Origin: Paenibacillus wynnii
GTDB taxonomy: Bacteria; Bacillota; Bacilli; Paenibacillales; Paenibacillaceae
Length of the DNA stretch: 24,000 bases
NCBI RefSeq assembly: GCF_000757885.1
Contig: NZ_JQCR01000001.1
Span: 505,812-529,811 of the forward strand
Direction of reading: 5' to 3'
Part shown: positions 22,880 through 24,000 of the stretch, in pieces
Layout: every line of letters starts with the position of its first letter
Position numbering within the stretch: the stretch's first letter is position 1
The notes under the pieces: generated by a model
Databases searched by the model: none
Seen by the model: only the letters and a program-made list of their open reading frames with translations
What the model was told of the DNA's origin: nothing
Translations under genes and position numbers: made by a program

Positions 22880-24000
22880 TTATTCATAAGCCTTCCAACG
22901 TACCTGATGTGAGACGTATCCATTAGAAGGATTTACATAAAAACTCATACTAAACGTAAATCCGTTAGAACTTGGCACTATAATAGAAGAAGTAACATAC
23001 CTACTTGGTTTAGTTACCCCGCCACCACTATCGGGAAATGTATAGCCCCCAAATAACTCCGAATAGTAATAAGAAGAAAATTCATTTCCGTTGTCGTACG
23101 TATAAAATGTATTCAATACATACCTTAATCCAGGATCGGCATTCCACCACATAACTTGTATGTGCTCTAAAATTACAACTGATGGTCTAAACGCTAATCC
23201 AGACACAGTATAAGAATTTAATCCACCAACATCAACAAGCCCTCCCGTAGCTGTACGTTTACCTTCGACAAGAGTTCCCACGATGTTGAACATTTCGTAC
23301 CCGGCGCGGATATTAGGCGCCGCAAGATTAGGGTTGATGCTTTGCAGCTGTGCAACAGATACTTTAATTTCCCCGTCTCCCGCCCCGCCCTTTTGGTATC
23401 CTTTTTCGGGATACACGGCAACGCCACCATCACCCCACTTTCCAACGCCCGACGCATTTCTTATGCCTATAAGGTTTGGCATAGTTCCCGCGGTTCCCGC
23501 TATGGTTGTTCCTGCAAGAACATTCGCCGCCGGAACCGTTACCCCAGCAACAGTAATCGCCGTATCATAGATCCCGGCTGGCTTGACGATATTTGACACG
23601 GTAGGCGTAACCGTCCCCCCTGTTTGCACCGCCAGCGTTCCGACAATATCTCCGGCATCGGTAGCCGCTTTTTTTCCTGCTCGGATATCTCCAGCTAATG
23701 CATCGCCAGCGCCACCCGAGCTATCTGCCAAAAAATCCGTTCCAACTTTACGGAACATGTATGGCTTCCCGGCGAGCAGTTTTCCGGCTGCATACGCTAC
23801 ACCCTTTTGATCTTTTAGTGCGATCGCTCCTAGGCCGTTGATATTCAGTGTTGGGCTTGCCCCATTTGTAACATTCGGAACAATAGTAATCCCGAATCCC
23901 TCCGCTAAGCTGGCAGGAGCAGGAGTGAGAGTGGCTGTGTATGCCGACAATGTGCCAGCGGTTGCCGCATATCCCGGTTGACGCACATAGTCAACAATTC
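22880..24000 (-). CDS. Phage tail fibre / receptor-binding protein (5' end probably beyond the window)
   Basis: The ORF-track start at 23986 is a GTG, but the frame stays open upstream to the window edge (…IVDYVRQPGYAATAGT…). The Ala/Gly/Thr-rich fibre-like N-terminal part (…TLTPAPASLAEGFGITIVPNVTNGASPTLNINGLGAIALKDQKG…) is followed by an aromatic-rich C-terminal domain. Confidence 0.75.
   Translation of the reverse strand, partial: IVDYVRQPGYAATAGTLSAYTATLTPAPASLAEGFGITIVPNVTNGASPTLNINGLGAIALKDQKGVAYAAGKLLAGKPYMFRKVGTDFLADSSGGAGDALAGDIRAGKKAATDAGDIVGTLAVQTGGTVTPTVSNIVKPAGIYDTAITVAGVTVPAANVLAGTTIAGTAGTMPNLIGIRNASGVGKWGDGGVAVYPEKGYQKGGAGDGEIKVSVAQLQSINPNLAAPNIRAGYEMFNIVGTLVEGKRTATGGLVDVGGLNSYTVSGLAFRPSVVILEHIQVMWWNADPGLRYVLNTFYTYDNGNEFSSYYYSELFGGYTFPDSGGGVTKPSRYVTSSIIVPSSNGFTFSMSFYVNPSNGYVSHQVRWKAYE

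Larger units (their letters stand above)
20795..24000 (-). mobile_element. Terminal (tail-fibre + lysis) module of a prophage or PBSX-like phage-derived element; continues beyond the window
   Basis: Gene order is tail fibre, XkdW-position protein, small XkdX-position protein, BhlA-like holin, endolysin, holin, followed by a terminator and then core genes. This is the typical right end of Firmicutes siphophage/myophage-type prophages. Confidence 0.85.

Overview
Low-GC Gram-positive (Paenibacillus/Bacillus-type) chromosomal window. Essentially every real gene is on the minus strand. There are three blocks. (i) About 9.5-20.4 kb is a conserved core locus: ppc, sigW-rsiW, cdaA-cdaR-glmM, and the glmS ribozyme plus glmS, with readable promoters and intrinsic terminators. 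(ii) About 20.7-24.0 kb is the terminal module of a prophage or PBSX-like element, abutting the ppc upstream region. It holds a tail fibre, an XkdW-position protein, a 46-aa gene missing from the ORF track, a BhlA-like holin, an M15 endolysin and a Hol118-like holin. (iii) About 1.7-9.5 kb, directly downstream of glmS, is a mosaic accessory region. It holds an AT-rich ABC-F ATPase with a long leader, and a PadR / pentapeptide-repeat / DrrAB-like ABC exporter operon. It also holds an AT-rich gene-poor stretch with a four-copy 26-bp palindromic repeat array and decayed ORF fragments, and a small chimeric membrane ORF. The left edge is a YesM-type histidine kinase truncated by the window and absent from the ORF track. 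The best candidates for something new are four. First, the PadR-controlled pentapeptide-repeat + ABC exporter cassette, whose efflux-plus-target-protection layout resembles McbEFG. Second, the apparently horizontally acquired ABC-F. Third, the palindromic repeat array. Fourth, a textbook SigW-type promoter sitting between sigW and rsiW rather than upstream of sigW. All homology statements come from reading translations and from memory of protein families. No searches or computations were run, and GC statements are by-eye estimates.
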